The notes beneath the pieces are model-generated. The model ran no database searches. It worked only from the letters and a program-made list of their open reading frames with translations, and was not told the origin of the DNA. This document shows positions 40,001 to 55,000 of a DNA stretch of 64,000 nucleotides, one piece after another; position 1 is the stretch's first letter, and each line of letters starts with the position of its first letter. The position numbers and the translations under genes were made by a program. This DNA is from Eukaryota sp. TZLM1-RC (lineage: Eukaryota > Protista > Metamonada: BaSk clade): positions 1,526,088-1,590,087 of the forward strand of contig JAUPSS010000004.1 in the NCBI GenBank assembly GCA_040285825.1, written 5' to 3'.

Positions 40001-43000
40001 CATAAATAAAAAATAAGTTTAAATTTCATAAATTCAACAAACACTTTTATTGCAAAATCAGTACACGAAACTAGATGCTCTATTGATCAAAAATACTGCA
40101 CCAAAAAGCTAAAACAATTTGTCATAGTTTTCATTTGAAATCCCCATTTCTTATATGACAAAAAGACTCCACACTTGACAATAAATCTTTGAATTGTAAT
40201 ATCCATATGAGTGTTTCAAACGCTGTTGAATGTTATTGTGTTTTCACACTTTCTGTGAAAACATGCTTATGCACAAGTGATACAAGGCAGGTTTGATACA
40301 TGAAGAAATGATTTATGTATTCTGTTTCAATGGCAATCTTGAAAACAATAGTGTTGGCAGAAAAGATGATGTATGTACTGAAAAGAATACTGTCCAGGAA
40401 AACTTTATTATGATAGAGTCTTCATCAAGAAGAAAGTACAACGGTGAAGACATCAAGCCAATCCATGAACAATTGAGATCAAAAGAGTGATTGAGTCAAA
40501 CGAAACACTGACAATAACCGATAGGTAAAAGATTTACGGAATAGAAATCCAAAATGCGCTAGGCAAGGCTGCTGCACTGATGGCAATCGTGATGCCTACC
40601 CTTCTGCCCCGAAGAATCATGGCACTAAGAGTATAATGTGTTTAAAGTTACAGACGCATCCCAAAGTCGGAGTACGGAAATGAAAAAACCGCAGAAGGTT
40701 GCTCAGGTTGGAAGATCAGATTTTGGGTCTGGTTTCAAACTTCAGATTTTCCAATTTTGACATTGGAATTTTACCAACCCTTAATGCAATTAATTTTGGT
40801 TTTGCTTTCCTGTTTTCTGCATGTGTTTGTATATGGCAACGGTAACGCTAATTTCTGTACGATTATCATTCTTTTGATTAGATTAGTATTTCTTTCAAAA
40901 TTTTGAGCTTTATGCATCATTGAAACCAATGTTCATGTCATTGATCTGATTTAAATTCTTTTGTTGATAATCCTTTTGCAATTGTTGTGACAATTTATAC
41001 ATGGTTATCTTGCCTTTAAAAAAATCGAAACGAATGGCGCAATTTACAGGAGAAGTTTTCAATTTATGAATAGCACCACTGGTTTTTGATCACATTTTTG
41101 GTGTAAAAAACATTGTTGCGTGAACTTTTACATTGATAAAGAAAATTATTTTACTTTTGTTATTTGACAGAAACAAAAAATAAATTTTTAAAAAATTTAC
41201 AGTTTCACTTTCATTTTGAATGTATTCTAAAAACAGATATCATTTTTGACTTGAATCAAAAGGTGATCGTTTGTAAAAGGCAACGGTAACGCTATTTTCT
41301 GCACGATTATCATTCTTTTGATTAGGTCAGTATCTTTTCAAAATTTATGAGCTTTATACATCATTAAAACCAATGTTCATGTCATTCATTTGATTTGAAT
41401 TCCTTTGTTGATAATCTTTTTACAACATTTGCGACAATTTATACATGGTTATCTTGCCTTTGAAAAAATGGAAACGAATGGCGCATTTTACAAGAGAAGT
41501 TTTCAAGTTTATAAATACAGCATGTGTTCTTGATCACATTTTTGGTGTAGAAAAACATTGTTGCATGAACTTTTACATTGATAAAGAAAATTATTTTACT
41601 TTTGTTATTTCACAGAAACAAAAAATAAATTCCAAAAAAATTTACAGTTTCACTTTCATTTTGAATGTATTCTAGAAACAGATATCGTTTGTTTGATTTG
41701 AATCAAAAGGTGATCGTTTGTATATGGCAACGGTAACGCTATTTTCTGCACGATTATCATTCTTTTGATTAGGTCAGTATCTTTTCAAAATTTAAGAGCT
41801 TTATACATCATTAAAACCAATGTTCATGTCATTCATTTGATTTGAATTCCTTTGTTGATAATCTTTTTACAACATTTGCGACAATTTATACATGGTTATC
41901 TTGCCTTTGAAAAATGGAAACGAATGGCGCATTTTACAAGAGAAGTTTTCAAGTTTATAAATACAGCATGTGTTCTTGATCACATTTTTGGTGTAAAAAA
42001 ACATTGTTGCGTGAACTTTTACATTGATAAAGAAATTTTTCTTTTTTTATTAAACATAAATAAAAAATAAATTTAAAATTTCATAAATTCAACAAACACT
42101 TTTATTGCAAAATCAGTACACGAAATCAGATGCTCTATTGATCAAAAATACTGCACCAAAAAAGCTAAAACAATTTGGCATAGTTTTCATTTGAAATCCC
42201 CATTTCTTATATGACAAAAAGACTCCACACTTGACAATAAATCTTTGAATTGTAATATCCATATGAGTGTTTCAAACGCTGTTGAATGTTATTGTGTTTT
42301 CACACTTTCTGTGAAAACATGCTTATGCACAAGTGATACAAGGCAGGTTTGATACATGAAGAAATGATTTATGTATTCTGTTTCAATGGCAATCTTGAAA
42401 ACAATAGTGTTGGCAGAAAAGATGATGTATGTACTGAAAAGAATACTGTCCAGGAAAACTTTATTACGATAGAGTCTTCATCAAGAAGAAAGTACAACGG
42501 TGAAGACATCAAGCCAATCCATGAACAATTGAGATCAAAAGAGTGATTGAGTCAAACGAAACACTTACAATAACCGATAGGTACAAGATTTACGGAATAG
42601 AAATCCAAAATGCGCTAGGCAAGGCTGCTGCACTGATGGCAATTGTGATGTCTACCCTTCTGCCCCCGAAGAATCATGGCACTAAGAGTATAATGTGTTT
42701 GAAGTTACAGACGCATCCCAAAGTCGGAGTACGGAAATGAAAAAACCGCAGAAGGTTGCTCAGGTTGGAAGGTTTCAAACTTCAGATTTTCCAATTTTGA
42801 CATTGGAATTTTACCAACCATAATGCAATTAATTTTGGTTTTGCTTTCCTGTTTTCTGCATGTGTTCGTATATGGCAACGGTACGCTAATTTCTGTACGA
42901 TTATCATTCTTTTGATTAGATTAGTATTTCTTTCAAAATTTTGAGCTTTATACATCATTAAAACCAATGTTCATGTCATTCATTTGATTTAAATTCCTTT

Positions 43001-46000
43001 GTTGATAATCTTTTTACAACATTTGCGACAATTTATACATGGTTATCTTGCCTTTGAAAAATGGAAACGAATGGCGCATTTACAGAGAAGTTTTCAAGTT
43101 TATAGATACAGCATGTGTTCTTGATCACATTTTGGTGTAAAAAACATTGTTGCGTGAACTTTTACATTGATAAAGAAAATTATTTTACTTTTGTTATTTG
43201 ACAGAAACAAAAAATAAATTTCAAAAAATTTACAGTTTCACTTTCATTTTGAATGTATTCTAGAAACAGATATCGTTTGTTTGATTTGAATCAAAAGGTG
43301 ATCGTTTGTATATGGCAACGGTAACGCTATTTTCTGCACGATTATCATTCTTTTGATTAGGTCAGTATCTTTTTCAAAATTTAAGAGCTTTATACATCAT
43401 TAAAACCAATGTTCATGTCATTCATTTGATTTGAATTCCTTTGTTGATAATCTTTTACAACATTTGCGACAATTTATACATGGTTATCTTGCCTTTGAAA
43501 AAAATGGAAAACGAATGGTGCATTTTACAAGAGAAGTTTTCAAGTTTATAAATACAGCATGTGTTCTTGATCACATTTTTGGTGTAGAAAAACATTGTTG
43601 CATGAACTTTTACATTGATAAAGAAAATTATTTTACTTTTGTTATTTCACAGAAACAAAAAATAAATTCCAAAAAAATTTACAGTTTCACTTTCATTTTG
43701 AATGTATTCTAGAAACAGATATCGTTTGTTTGACTTGAATCAAAAGGTGATCGTTTGTATATGGCAACGGTAACGCTATTTTCTGCACGATTATCATTCT
43801 TTTGATTAGGTCAGTATCTTTTCAAAATTTAAGAGCTTTATACATCATTAAAACCAATGTTCATGTCATTCATTTGATTTGAATTCCTTTGTTGATAATC
43901 TTTTTACAACATTTGCGACAATTTATACATGGTTATCTTGCCTTTGAAAAATGGAAACGAATGGCGCATTTTACAAGAGAAGTTTTCAAGTTTATAAATA
44001 CAGCATGTGTTCTTGATCACATTTTTGGTGTAAAAAACATTGTTGCGTGAACTTTTACATTGATAAAGAAGTTTTTCTTTTTTTATTAAACATAAATAAA
44101 AAATAAATTCAAAATTTCATAAATTCAACAAACACTTTTATTGCAAAATCAGTACACGAAATCAGATGCTCTATTGATCAAAAATACTGCACCAAAAAGC
44201 TAAAACAATTTGGCATAGTTTTCATTTGAAATCCCCATTTCTTATATGACAAAAAGACTCCACACTTGACAATAAATCTTTGAATTGTAATATCCATATG
44301 AGTGTTTCAAACGCTGTTGAATGTTATTGTGTTTTCACACTTTCTGTGAAAACATGCTTATGCACAAGTGATACAAGGCAGGTTTGATACATGAAGAAAT
44401 GATTTATGTATTCTGTTTCAATGGCAATCTTGAAAACAATAGTGTTGGCAGAAAAGATGATGTATGTACTGAAAAGAATACTGTCCAGGAAAACTTTATT
44501 ACGATAGAGTCTTCATCAAGAAGAAAGTACAACGGTGAAGACATCAAGCCAATCCATGAACAATTGAGATCAAAAGAGTGATTGAGTCAAACGAAACACT
44601 TACAATAACCGATAGGTACAAGATTTACGGAATAGAAATCCAAAATGCGCTAGGCAAGGCTGCTGCACTGATGGCAATTGTGATGTCTACCCTTCTGCCC
44701 CGAAGAATCATGGCACTAAGAGTATAATGTGTTTGAAGTTACAGACGCATCCCAAAGTCGGAGTACGGAAATGAAAAAAACCGCAGAAGGTTGCTCAGGT
44801 TGAAGGTTTCAAACTTCAGATTTTCCAATTTTGACATTGGAATTTTACCAACCCATAATGCAATTAATTTTGGTTTTGCTTTCCTGTTTTCTGCATGTGT
44901 TCGTATATGGCAACGGTTACGCTAACTTCTGTACGATTATCATTTTTTTGATTAGATTAGTATTTCTTTCAAAATTTTGAGCTTTATACATCATTAAAAC
45001 CAATGTTCATGTCATTCATTTGATTTAAATTCCTTTGTTGATAATCTTTTTACAACATTTGCGACAATTTATACATGGTTATCTTGCCTTTGAAAAAATG
45101 GAAACGAATGACGCATTTTACAAGAGAAGTTTTCAAGTTTATAGATACAGCATGTGTTCTTGATCACATTTTTGGTGTAAAAAAACATTGTTGCGTGAAC
45201 TTTTACATTGATAAAGAAAATTATTTTACTTTTGTTATTTGACAGAAACAAAAAATAAATTCCAAAAAATTTACAGTTTCACTTTCATTTTGAATGTATT
45301 CTAGAAACAGATATCGTTTGTTTGATTTGAATCAAAAGGTGATCGTTTGTATATGGCAACGGTAACGCTATTTTCTGCACGATTATCATTCTTTTGATTA
45401 GGTCAGTATCTTTTTCAAAATTTAAGAGCTTTATACATCATTAAAACCAATGTTCATGTCATTCATTTGATTTGAATTCCTTTGTTGATAATCTTTTTAC
45501 AACATTTGCGACAATTTATACATGGTTATCTTGCCTTTGAAAAAATCGAAACGAATGGCGCAATTTACAGGAGAAGTTTTCAATTTATGAATAGCACCAC
45601 TGGTTTTTGATCACATTTTTGGTGTAAAAAAACATTGTTGCGTGAACTTTTACATTGATAAAGAAAATTATTTTACTTTTGTTATTTGACAGAAACAAAA
45701 AAATAAATTTTTAAAAAATTTACAGTTTCACTTTCATTTTGAATGTATTCTAAAAACAGATATCATTTGTTTGACTTGAATCAAAAGGTGATCGTTTGTA
45801 AAAGGCAACGGTAACGCTATTTTCTGCACGATTATCATTCTTTTGATTAGGTCAGTATCTTTTTCAAAATTTATGAGCTTTATACATCATTAAAACCAAT
45901 GTTCATGTCATTCATTTGATTTGAATTCCTTTGTTGATAATCTTTTTACAACATTTGCGACAATTTATACATGGTTATCTTGCCTTTGAAAAAATGGAAA

Positions 46001-49000
46001 CGAATGGCGCATTTTACAAGAGAAGTTTTCAAGTTTATAAATACAACATGTGTTCTTGATCACATTTTTGGTGTAAAAATACATTGTTGCATGAACTTTT
46101 ACATTGATAAAGAAAATTATTTTACTTTTGTTATTTGACAGAAACAAAAAAATAAATTCCAAAAAAAATTTACAGTTTCACTTTCATTTTGAATGTATTC
46201 TAGAAACAGATATCGTTTGTTTGATTTGAATCAAAAGGTGATCGTTTGTATATGGCAACGGTAACGCTATTTTCTGCACGATTATCATTCTTTTGATTAG
46301 GTCAGTATCTTTTTCAAAATTTAAGAGCTTTATACATCATTAAAACCAATGTTCATGTCATTCATTTGATTTGAATTCCTTTGTTGATAATCTTTTTACA
46401 ACATTTGCGACAATTTATACATGGTTATCTTGCCTTTGAAAAAATGGAAACGAATGGCGCATTTTACAAGAGAAGTTTTCAAGTTTATAAATACAGCATG
46501 TGTTCTTGATCACATTTTTGGTGTAAAAAAACATTGTTGCGTGAACTTTTACATTGATAAAGAAGTTTTTCTTTTTTTTATTAAACATAAATAAAAAATA
46601 AATTCAAAATTTCATAAATTCAACAAACACTTTTATTGCAAAATCAGTACACGAAATCAGATGCTCTATTGATCAAAAATACTGCACCAAAAAAGCTAAA
46701 ACAATTTGGCATAGTTTTCATTTGAAATCCCCATTTCTTATATGACAAAAAGACTCCACACTTGACAATAAATCTTTGAATTGTAATATCCATATGAGTG
46801 TTTCAAACGCTGTTGAATGTTATTGTGTTTTCACACTTTCTGTGAAAACATGCTTATGCACAAGTGATACAAGGCAGGTTTGATACATGAAGAAATGATT
46901 TATGTATTCTGTTTCAATGGCAATCTTGAAAACAATAGTGTTGGCAGAAAAGATGATGTATGTACTGAAAAGAATACTGTCCAGGAAAACTTTATTACGA
47001 TAGAGTCTTCATCAAGAAGAAAGTACAACGGTGAAGACATCAAGCCAATCCATGAACAATTGAGATCAAAAGAGTGATTGAGTCAAACGAAACACTTACA
47101 ATAACCGATAGGTACAAGATTTACGGAATAGAAATCCAAAATGCGCTAGGCAAGGCTGCTGCACTGATGGCAATTGTGATGTCTACCCTTCTGCCCCGAA
47201 GAATCATGGCACTAAGAGTATAATGTGTTTGAAGTTACAGACGCATCCCAAAGTCGGAGTACGGAAATGAAAAAACCGCAGAAGGTTGCTCAGGTTGGAA
47301 GGTTTCAAACTTCAGATTTTCCAATTTTGACATTGGAATTTTACCAACCCATAATGCAATTAATTTTGGTTTTGCTTTCCTGTTTTCTGCATGTGTTCGT
47401 ATATGGCAACGGTACGCTAACTTCTGTACGATTATCATTCTTTTTGATTAGATTAGTATTTCTTTCAAAATTTTGAGCTTTATACATCATTAAAACCAAT
47501 GTTCATGTCATTCATTTGATTTAAATTCCTTTGTTGATAATCTTTTGCAACATTTGCGACAATTTATACATGGTTATCTTGCCTTTGAAAAAATGGAAAC
47601 GAATGGCGCATTTACAGAGAAGTTTTCAAGTTTATAGATACAGCATGTGTTCTTGATCACATTTTGGTGTAAAAAACATTGTTGCGTGAACTTTTACATT
47701 GATAAAGAAAATTATTTTACTTTTGTTATTTGACAGAAACAAAAAATAAATTCCAAAAAATTTACAGTTTCACTTTCATTTTGAATGTATTCTAGAAACA
47801 GATATCGTTTGTTTGATTTGAATCAAAAGGTGATCGTTTGTATATGGCAACGGTAACGCTATTTTCTGCACGATTATCATTCTTTTGATTAGGTCAGTAT
47901 CTTTTCAAAATTTAAGAGCTTTATACATCATTAAAACCAATGTTCATGTCATTCATTTGATTTGAATTCCTTTGTTGATAATCTTTTTACAACATTTGCG
48001 ACAATTTATACATGGTTATCTTGCCTTTGAAAAATCGAAACGAATGGCGCAATTTACAGGAGAAGTTTTCAATTTATGAATAGCACCACTGGTTTTGATC
48101 ACATTTTGGTGTAGAAAAACATTGTTGCGTGAACTTTTACATTGATAAAGAAAATTATTTTACTTTTGTTATTTGACAGAAACAAAAAATAAATTTTAAA
48201 AAATTTACAGTTTCACTTTCATTTTGAATGTATTCTAGAAACAGATATCATTTTTGACTTGAATCAAAAGGTGATCGTTTGTAAGGCAACGGTAACGCTA
48301 TTTTCTGCACGATTATCATTCTTTTGATTAGGTCAGTATCTTTTCAAAATTTATGAGCTTTATACATCATTAAAACCAATGTTCATGTCATTCATTTGAT
48401 TTGAATTCCTTTGTTGATAATCTTTTTACAACATTTGCGACAATTTATACATGGTTATCTTGCCTTTGAAAAATGGAAACGAATGGCGCATTTTACAAGA
48501 GAAGTTTTCAAGTTTATAAATACAGCATGTGTTCTTGATCACATTTTTGGTGTAAAAATACATTGTTGCATGAACTTTTACATTGATAAAGAAAATTATT
48601 TTACTTTTGTTATTTGACAGAAACAAAAAATAAATTCCAAAAAATTTACAGTTTCACTTTCATTTTGAATGTATTCTAGAAACAGATATCGTTTGTTTGA
48701 TTTGAATCAAAAGGTGATCGTTTGTATATGGCAACGGTAACGCTATTTTCTGCACGATTATCATTCTTTTGATTAGGTCAGTATCTTTTCAAAATTTAAG
48801 AGCTTTATACATCATTAAAACCAATGTTCATGTCATTCATTTGATTTGAATTCCTTTGTTGATAATCTTTTTACAACATTTGCGACAATTTATACATGGT
48901 TATCTTGCCTTTGAAAAATGGAAACGAATGGCGCATTTTACAAGAGAAGTTTTCAAGTTTATAAATACAGCATGTGTTCTTGATCACATTTTTGGTGTAA

Positions 49001-52000
49001 AAAAACATTGTTGCGTGAACTTTTACATTGATAAAGAAGTTTTTCTTTTTTTTATTAAACATAAATAAAAAATAAGTTTAAAATTTCATAAATTCAACAA
49101 ACACTTTTATTGCAAAATCAGTACACGAAACTAGATGCTCTATTGATCAAAAATACTGCACCAAAAAGCTAAAACAATTTGTCATAGTTTTCATTTGAAA
49201 TCCCCATTTCTTATATGACAAAAAGACTCCACACTTGACAATAAATCTTTGAATTGTAATATCCATATGAGTGTTTCAAACGCTGTTGAATGTTATTGTG
49301 TTTTCACACTTTCTGTGAAAACATGCTTATGCACAAGTGATACAAGGCAGGTTTGATACATGAAGAAATGATTTATGTATTCTGTTTCAATGGCAATCTT
49401 GAAAACAATAGTGTTGGCAGAAAAGATGATGTATGTACTGAAAAGAATACTGTCCAGGAAAACTTTATTATGATAGAGTCTTCATCAAAAAGAAAGTACA
49501 ACGGTGAAGACATCAAGCCAATCCATGAACAATTGAGATCAAAAGAGTGATTGAGTCAAACGAAACACTGACAATAACCGATAGGTAAAAGATTTACGGA
49601 ATATAAAGCCAAAATGCGCTAGGCAAGGCTGCTGCACTGATGGCAATTGTGATGCCTACCCTTCTGCCCCAAAGAATCATGGCACTAAGAGTATAATGTG
49701 TTTGAAGTTACAGACGCATCCCAAAGTCGGAGTACGGAAATGAGAAAAACCGCAGAAGGTTGCTCAGGTTGGAAGATCAGATTTTGGGTCTGGTTTCAAA
49801 CTTCAGATTTTCCAATTTTGACATTGGAATTTTACCAACTCATAATGCAATTAATTTTGGTTTTGCTTTCCTGTTTTCTGCATGTATTCGTATATGGCAA
49901 CGGTAACGCTAATTTCTGTACGATTATCATTCTTTTGATTAGATTAGTATTTCTTTCAAAATTTTGAGCTTTATGCATCATTGAAACCAATGTTCATGTC
50001 ATTGATCTGATTTAAATTCTTTTGTTGATAATCCTTTTGCAACTGTTGCGACAATTTATACATGGTTATCTTGCCTTTAAAAAATCGAAACGAATGGCGC
50101 AATTTACAGGAGAAGTTTTTCAATTTATAGAATACACCACTTGTTCTTGATCACATTTTTTTGGTGTAGAAAAACATTGTTGCATGAACTTTACATTGAT
50201 AAAGAAAATTATTTTACTTTTGTTATTTGACAGAAACAAAAAATAAATTCCAAAAAATTTACAGTTTCACTTTCATTTTGAATGTATTCTAGAAACAGAT
50301 ATCGTTTGTTTGACTTGAATCAAAAGGTGATCGTTTGTATATGGCAACGGTAACGCTATTTTCTGCACGATTATCATTCTTTTGATTAGGTCAGTATCTT
50401 TTCAAAATTTATGAGCTTTATACATCATTAAAACCAATGTTCATGTCATTCATTTGATTTGAATTCCTTTGTTGATAATCTTTTTACAACATTTGCGACA
50501 ATTTATACATGGTTATCTTGCCTTTGAAAAATCGAAACGAATGGCGCATTTTACAAGAGAAGTTTTCAAGTTTATAAATACAGCATGTGTTCTTGATCAC
50601 ATTTTTGGTGTAAAAAACATTGTTGCGTGAACTTTTACATTGATAAAGAAGTTTTTCTTTTTTTATTAAACATAAATAAAAAATAAATTTAAAATTTCAT
50701 AAATTCAACAAACACTTTTATTGCAAAATCAGTACACAAACTAGATGCTCTATTGATCAAAAATACTGCACCAAAAAGCTAAAACAATTTGGCATAGTTT
50801 TCATTTGAAATCCCCATTTCTTATATGACAAAAAGACTCCACACTTGACAATAAATCTTTGAATTGTAATATCCATATGAGTGTTTCAAACGCTGTTGAA
50901 TGTTATTGTGTTTTCACACTTTCTGTGAAAACATGCTTATGCACAAGTGATACAAGGCAGGTTTGATACATGAAGAAATGATTTATGTATTCTGTTTCAA
51001 TGGCAATCTTGAAAACAATAGTGTTGGCAGAAAAGATGATGTATGTACTGAAAAGAATACTGTCCAGGAAAACTTTATTACGATAGAGTCTTCATCAAAA
51101 AGAAAGTACAACGGTGAAGACATCAAGCCAATCCATGAACAATTGAGATCAAAAGAGTGATTGAGTCAAACGAAACACTTACAATAACCGATAGGTACAA
51201 GATTTACGGAATATAAATCCAAAATGCGCTAGGCAAGGCTGCTGCACTGATGGCAATCGTGATGCCTACCCTTCTGCCCCCAAGAATCATGGCACTAAGA
51301 GTATAATGTGTTTGAAGTTACAGACGCATCCCAAAGTCGGAGTACGGAAATGAGAAAAACCGCAGAAGGTTGCTCAGGTTGGAAGATCAGATTTTGGGTC
51401 TGGTTTCAAACTTCAGATTTTCCAATTTTGACATTGGAATTTTACCAACCCTTAATGCAATTAATTTTGGTTTTGCTTTCCTGTTTTCTGCATGTGTTTG
51501 TATATGGCAACGGTAACGCTAATTTCTGTACGATTATCATTCTTTTGATTAGATTAGTATTTCTTTCAAAATTTTGAGCTTTATGCATCATTGAAACCAA
51601 TGTTCATGTCATTGATCTGATTTAAATTCTTTTGTTGATAATCCTTTTGCAATTGTTGTGACAATTTATACATGGTTATCTTGCCTTTAAAAAAATCGAA
51701 ACGAATGGCGCAATTTACAGGAGAAGTTTTCAATTTATGAATAGCACCACTGGTTTTTGATCACATTTTTGGTGTAAAAAACATTGTTGCGTGAACTTTT
51801 ACATTGATAAAGAAAATTATTTTACTTTTGTTATTTGACAGAAACAAAAAATAAATTTTAAAAAATTTACAGTTTCACTTTCATTTTGAATGTATTCTAG
51901 AAACAGATATCGTTTGTTTGACTTGAATCAAAAGGTGATCGTTTGTATATGGCAACGGTAACGCTATTTTCTGCACGATTATCATTCTTTTGATTAGGTC

Positions 52001-55000
52001 AGTATCTTTTCAAAATTTATGAGCTTTATACATCATTAAAACCAATGTTCATGTCATTCATTTGATTTGAATTCCTTTGTTGATAATCTTTTACAACATT
52101 TGCGACAATTTATACATGGTTATCTTGCCTTTGAAAAAATGGAAACGAATGGCGCATTTTACAAGAGAAGTTTTCAAGTTTATAAATACAGCATGTGTTC
52201 TTGATCACATTTTGGTGTAGAAAAACATTGTTGCGTGAACTTTTACATTGATAAAGAAAATTATTTTACTTTTGTTATTTGACAGAAACAAAAATAAATT
52301 CCAAAAAATTTACAGTTTCACTTTCATTTTGAATGTATTCTAGAAACAGATATCGTTTGTTTGATTTGAATCAAAAGGTGATCGTTTGTATATGGCAACG
52401 GTAACGCTATTTTCTGCACGATTATCATTCTTTTGATTAGGTCAGTATCTTTTCAAAATTTATGAGCTTTATACATCATTAAAACCAATGTTCATGTCAT
52501 TCATTTGATTTGAATTCCTTTGTTGATAATCTTTTACAACATTTGCGACAATTTATACATGGTTATCTTGCCTTTGAAAAATGGAAACGAATGGCGCATT
52601 TTACAAGAGAAGTTTTCAAGTTTATAAATACAGCATGTGTTCTTGATCACATTTTGGTGTAAAAAACATTGTTGCGTGAACTTTTACATTGATAAAGAAA
52701 TTTTTCTTTTTTATTAAACATAAATAAAAAATAAATTTAAAATTTCATAAATTCAACAAACACTTTTATTGCAAAATCAGTACACGAAACTAGATGCTCT
52801 ATTGATCAAAAATACTGCACCAAAAAGCTAAAACAATTTGGCATAGTTTTCATTTGAAATCCCCATTTCTTATATGACAAAAAGACTCCACACTTGACAA
52901 TAAATCTTTGAATTGTAATATCCATATGAGTGTTTCAAACGCTGTTGAATGTTATTGTGTTTTCACACTTTCTGTGAAAACATGCTTATGCACAAGTGAT
53001 ACAAGGCAGGTTTGATACATGAAGAAATGATTTATGTATTCTGTTTCAATGGCAATCTTGAAACAATAGTGTTGGCAGAAAAGATGATGTATGTACTGAA
53101 AAGAATACTGTCCAGGAAAACTTTATTACGATAGAGTCTTCATCAAGAAGAAAGTACAACGGTGAAGACATCAAGCCAATCCATGAACAATTGAGATCAA
53201 AAGAGTGATTGAGTCAAACGAAACACTTACAATAACCGATAGGTACAAGATTTACGGAATAGAAATCCAAAATGCGCTAGGCAAGGCTGCTGCACTGATG
53301 GCAATTGTGATGTCTACCCTTCTGCCCCAAGAATCATGGCACTAAGAGTATAATGTGTTTGAAGTTACAGACGCATCCCAAAGTCGGAGTACGGAAATGA
53401 AAAAACCGCAGAAGGTTGCTCAGGTTGGAAGATCAGATTTTTGGGTCTGGTTTCAAACTTCAGATTTTCCAATTTTGACATTGGAATTTTACCAACCCAT
53501 AATGCAATTAATTTTGGTTTTGCTTTCCTGTTTTCTGCATGTGTTTGTATATGGCAACGGTTACGCTAATTTCTGTACGATTATCATTCTTTTGATTAGA
53601 TTAGTATTTCTTTCAAAATTTTGAGCTTTATGCATCATTGAAACCAATGTTCATGTCATTGATCTGATTTAAATTCTTTGTTGATAATCCTTTTGCAACT
53701 GTTGCGACAATTTATACATGGTTATCTTGCCTTTGAAAAAATCGAAACGAATGGCGCATTTTACAGGAGAAGTTTTCAAGTTTATGAATAGCACCACTGT
53801 GTTCTTGATCACATTTTGGTGTAGAAAAACATTGTTGCGTGAACTTTTACATTGATAAAGAAAATAATTTTACTTTTGTTATTTGACAGAAACAAAGAAA
53901 TAAATTCCAAAAAAATTTACAGTTTCACTTTCATTTTGAATGTATTCTAGAAACAGATATCGTTTGTTTGATTTGAATCAAAAGGTGATCGTTTGTATAT
54001 GGCAACGGTAACGCTATTTTCTGCACGATTATCATTCTTTTGATTAGGTCAGTATCTTTTCAAAATTTATGAGCTTTATACATCATTAAAACCAATGTTC
54101 ATGTCATTCATTTGATTTGAATTCCTTTGTTGATAATCTTTTTACAACATTTGCGACAATTTATACATGGTTATCTTGCCTTTGAAAAAATGGAAACGAA
54201 TGGCGCATTTTACAAGAGAAGTTTTCAAGTTTATAAATACAGCATGTGTTCTTGATCACATTTTGGTGTAAAAAACATTGTTGCGTGAACTTTTACATTG
54301 ATAAAGAAGTTTTTCTTTTTTTAATTAAACATAAATAAAAAATAAGTTTAAAATTTCATAAATTCAACAAACACTTTTATTGCAAAATAGGTACGCGAAA
54401 CTAGATGCTCTATTGATCAAAAATACTGCACCAAAAAAGCTAAAACAATTTGGCATAGTTTTCATTTGAAATCCCCATTTCTTATATGACAAAAAGACTC
54501 CACACTTGACAATAAATCTTTGAATTGTAATATCCATATGAGTGTTTCAAACGCTGTTGAATGTTATTGTGTTTTCACACTTTCTGTGAAAACATGCTTA
54601 TGCACAAGTGATACAAGGCAGGTTTGATACATGAAGAAATGATTTATGTATTCTGTTTCAATGGCAATCTTGAAAACAATAGTGTTGGCAGAAAAGATGA
54701 TGTATGTACTGAAAAGAATACTGTCCAGGAAACTTTATTATGATAGAGTCTTCATCAAGAAGAAAGTACAACGGTGAAGACATCAAGCCAATCCATGAAC
54801 AATTGAGATCAAAAGAGTGATTGAGTCAAACGAAACACTTACAATAACCGATAGGTACAAGATTTACGGAATAGAAATCCAAAATGCGCTAGGCAAGGCT
54901 GCTGCACTGATGGCAATTGTGATGCCTACCCTTCTGCCCCAAGAATCATGGCACTAAGAGTATAATGTGTTTGAAGTTACAGACGCATCCCAAAGTCGGA

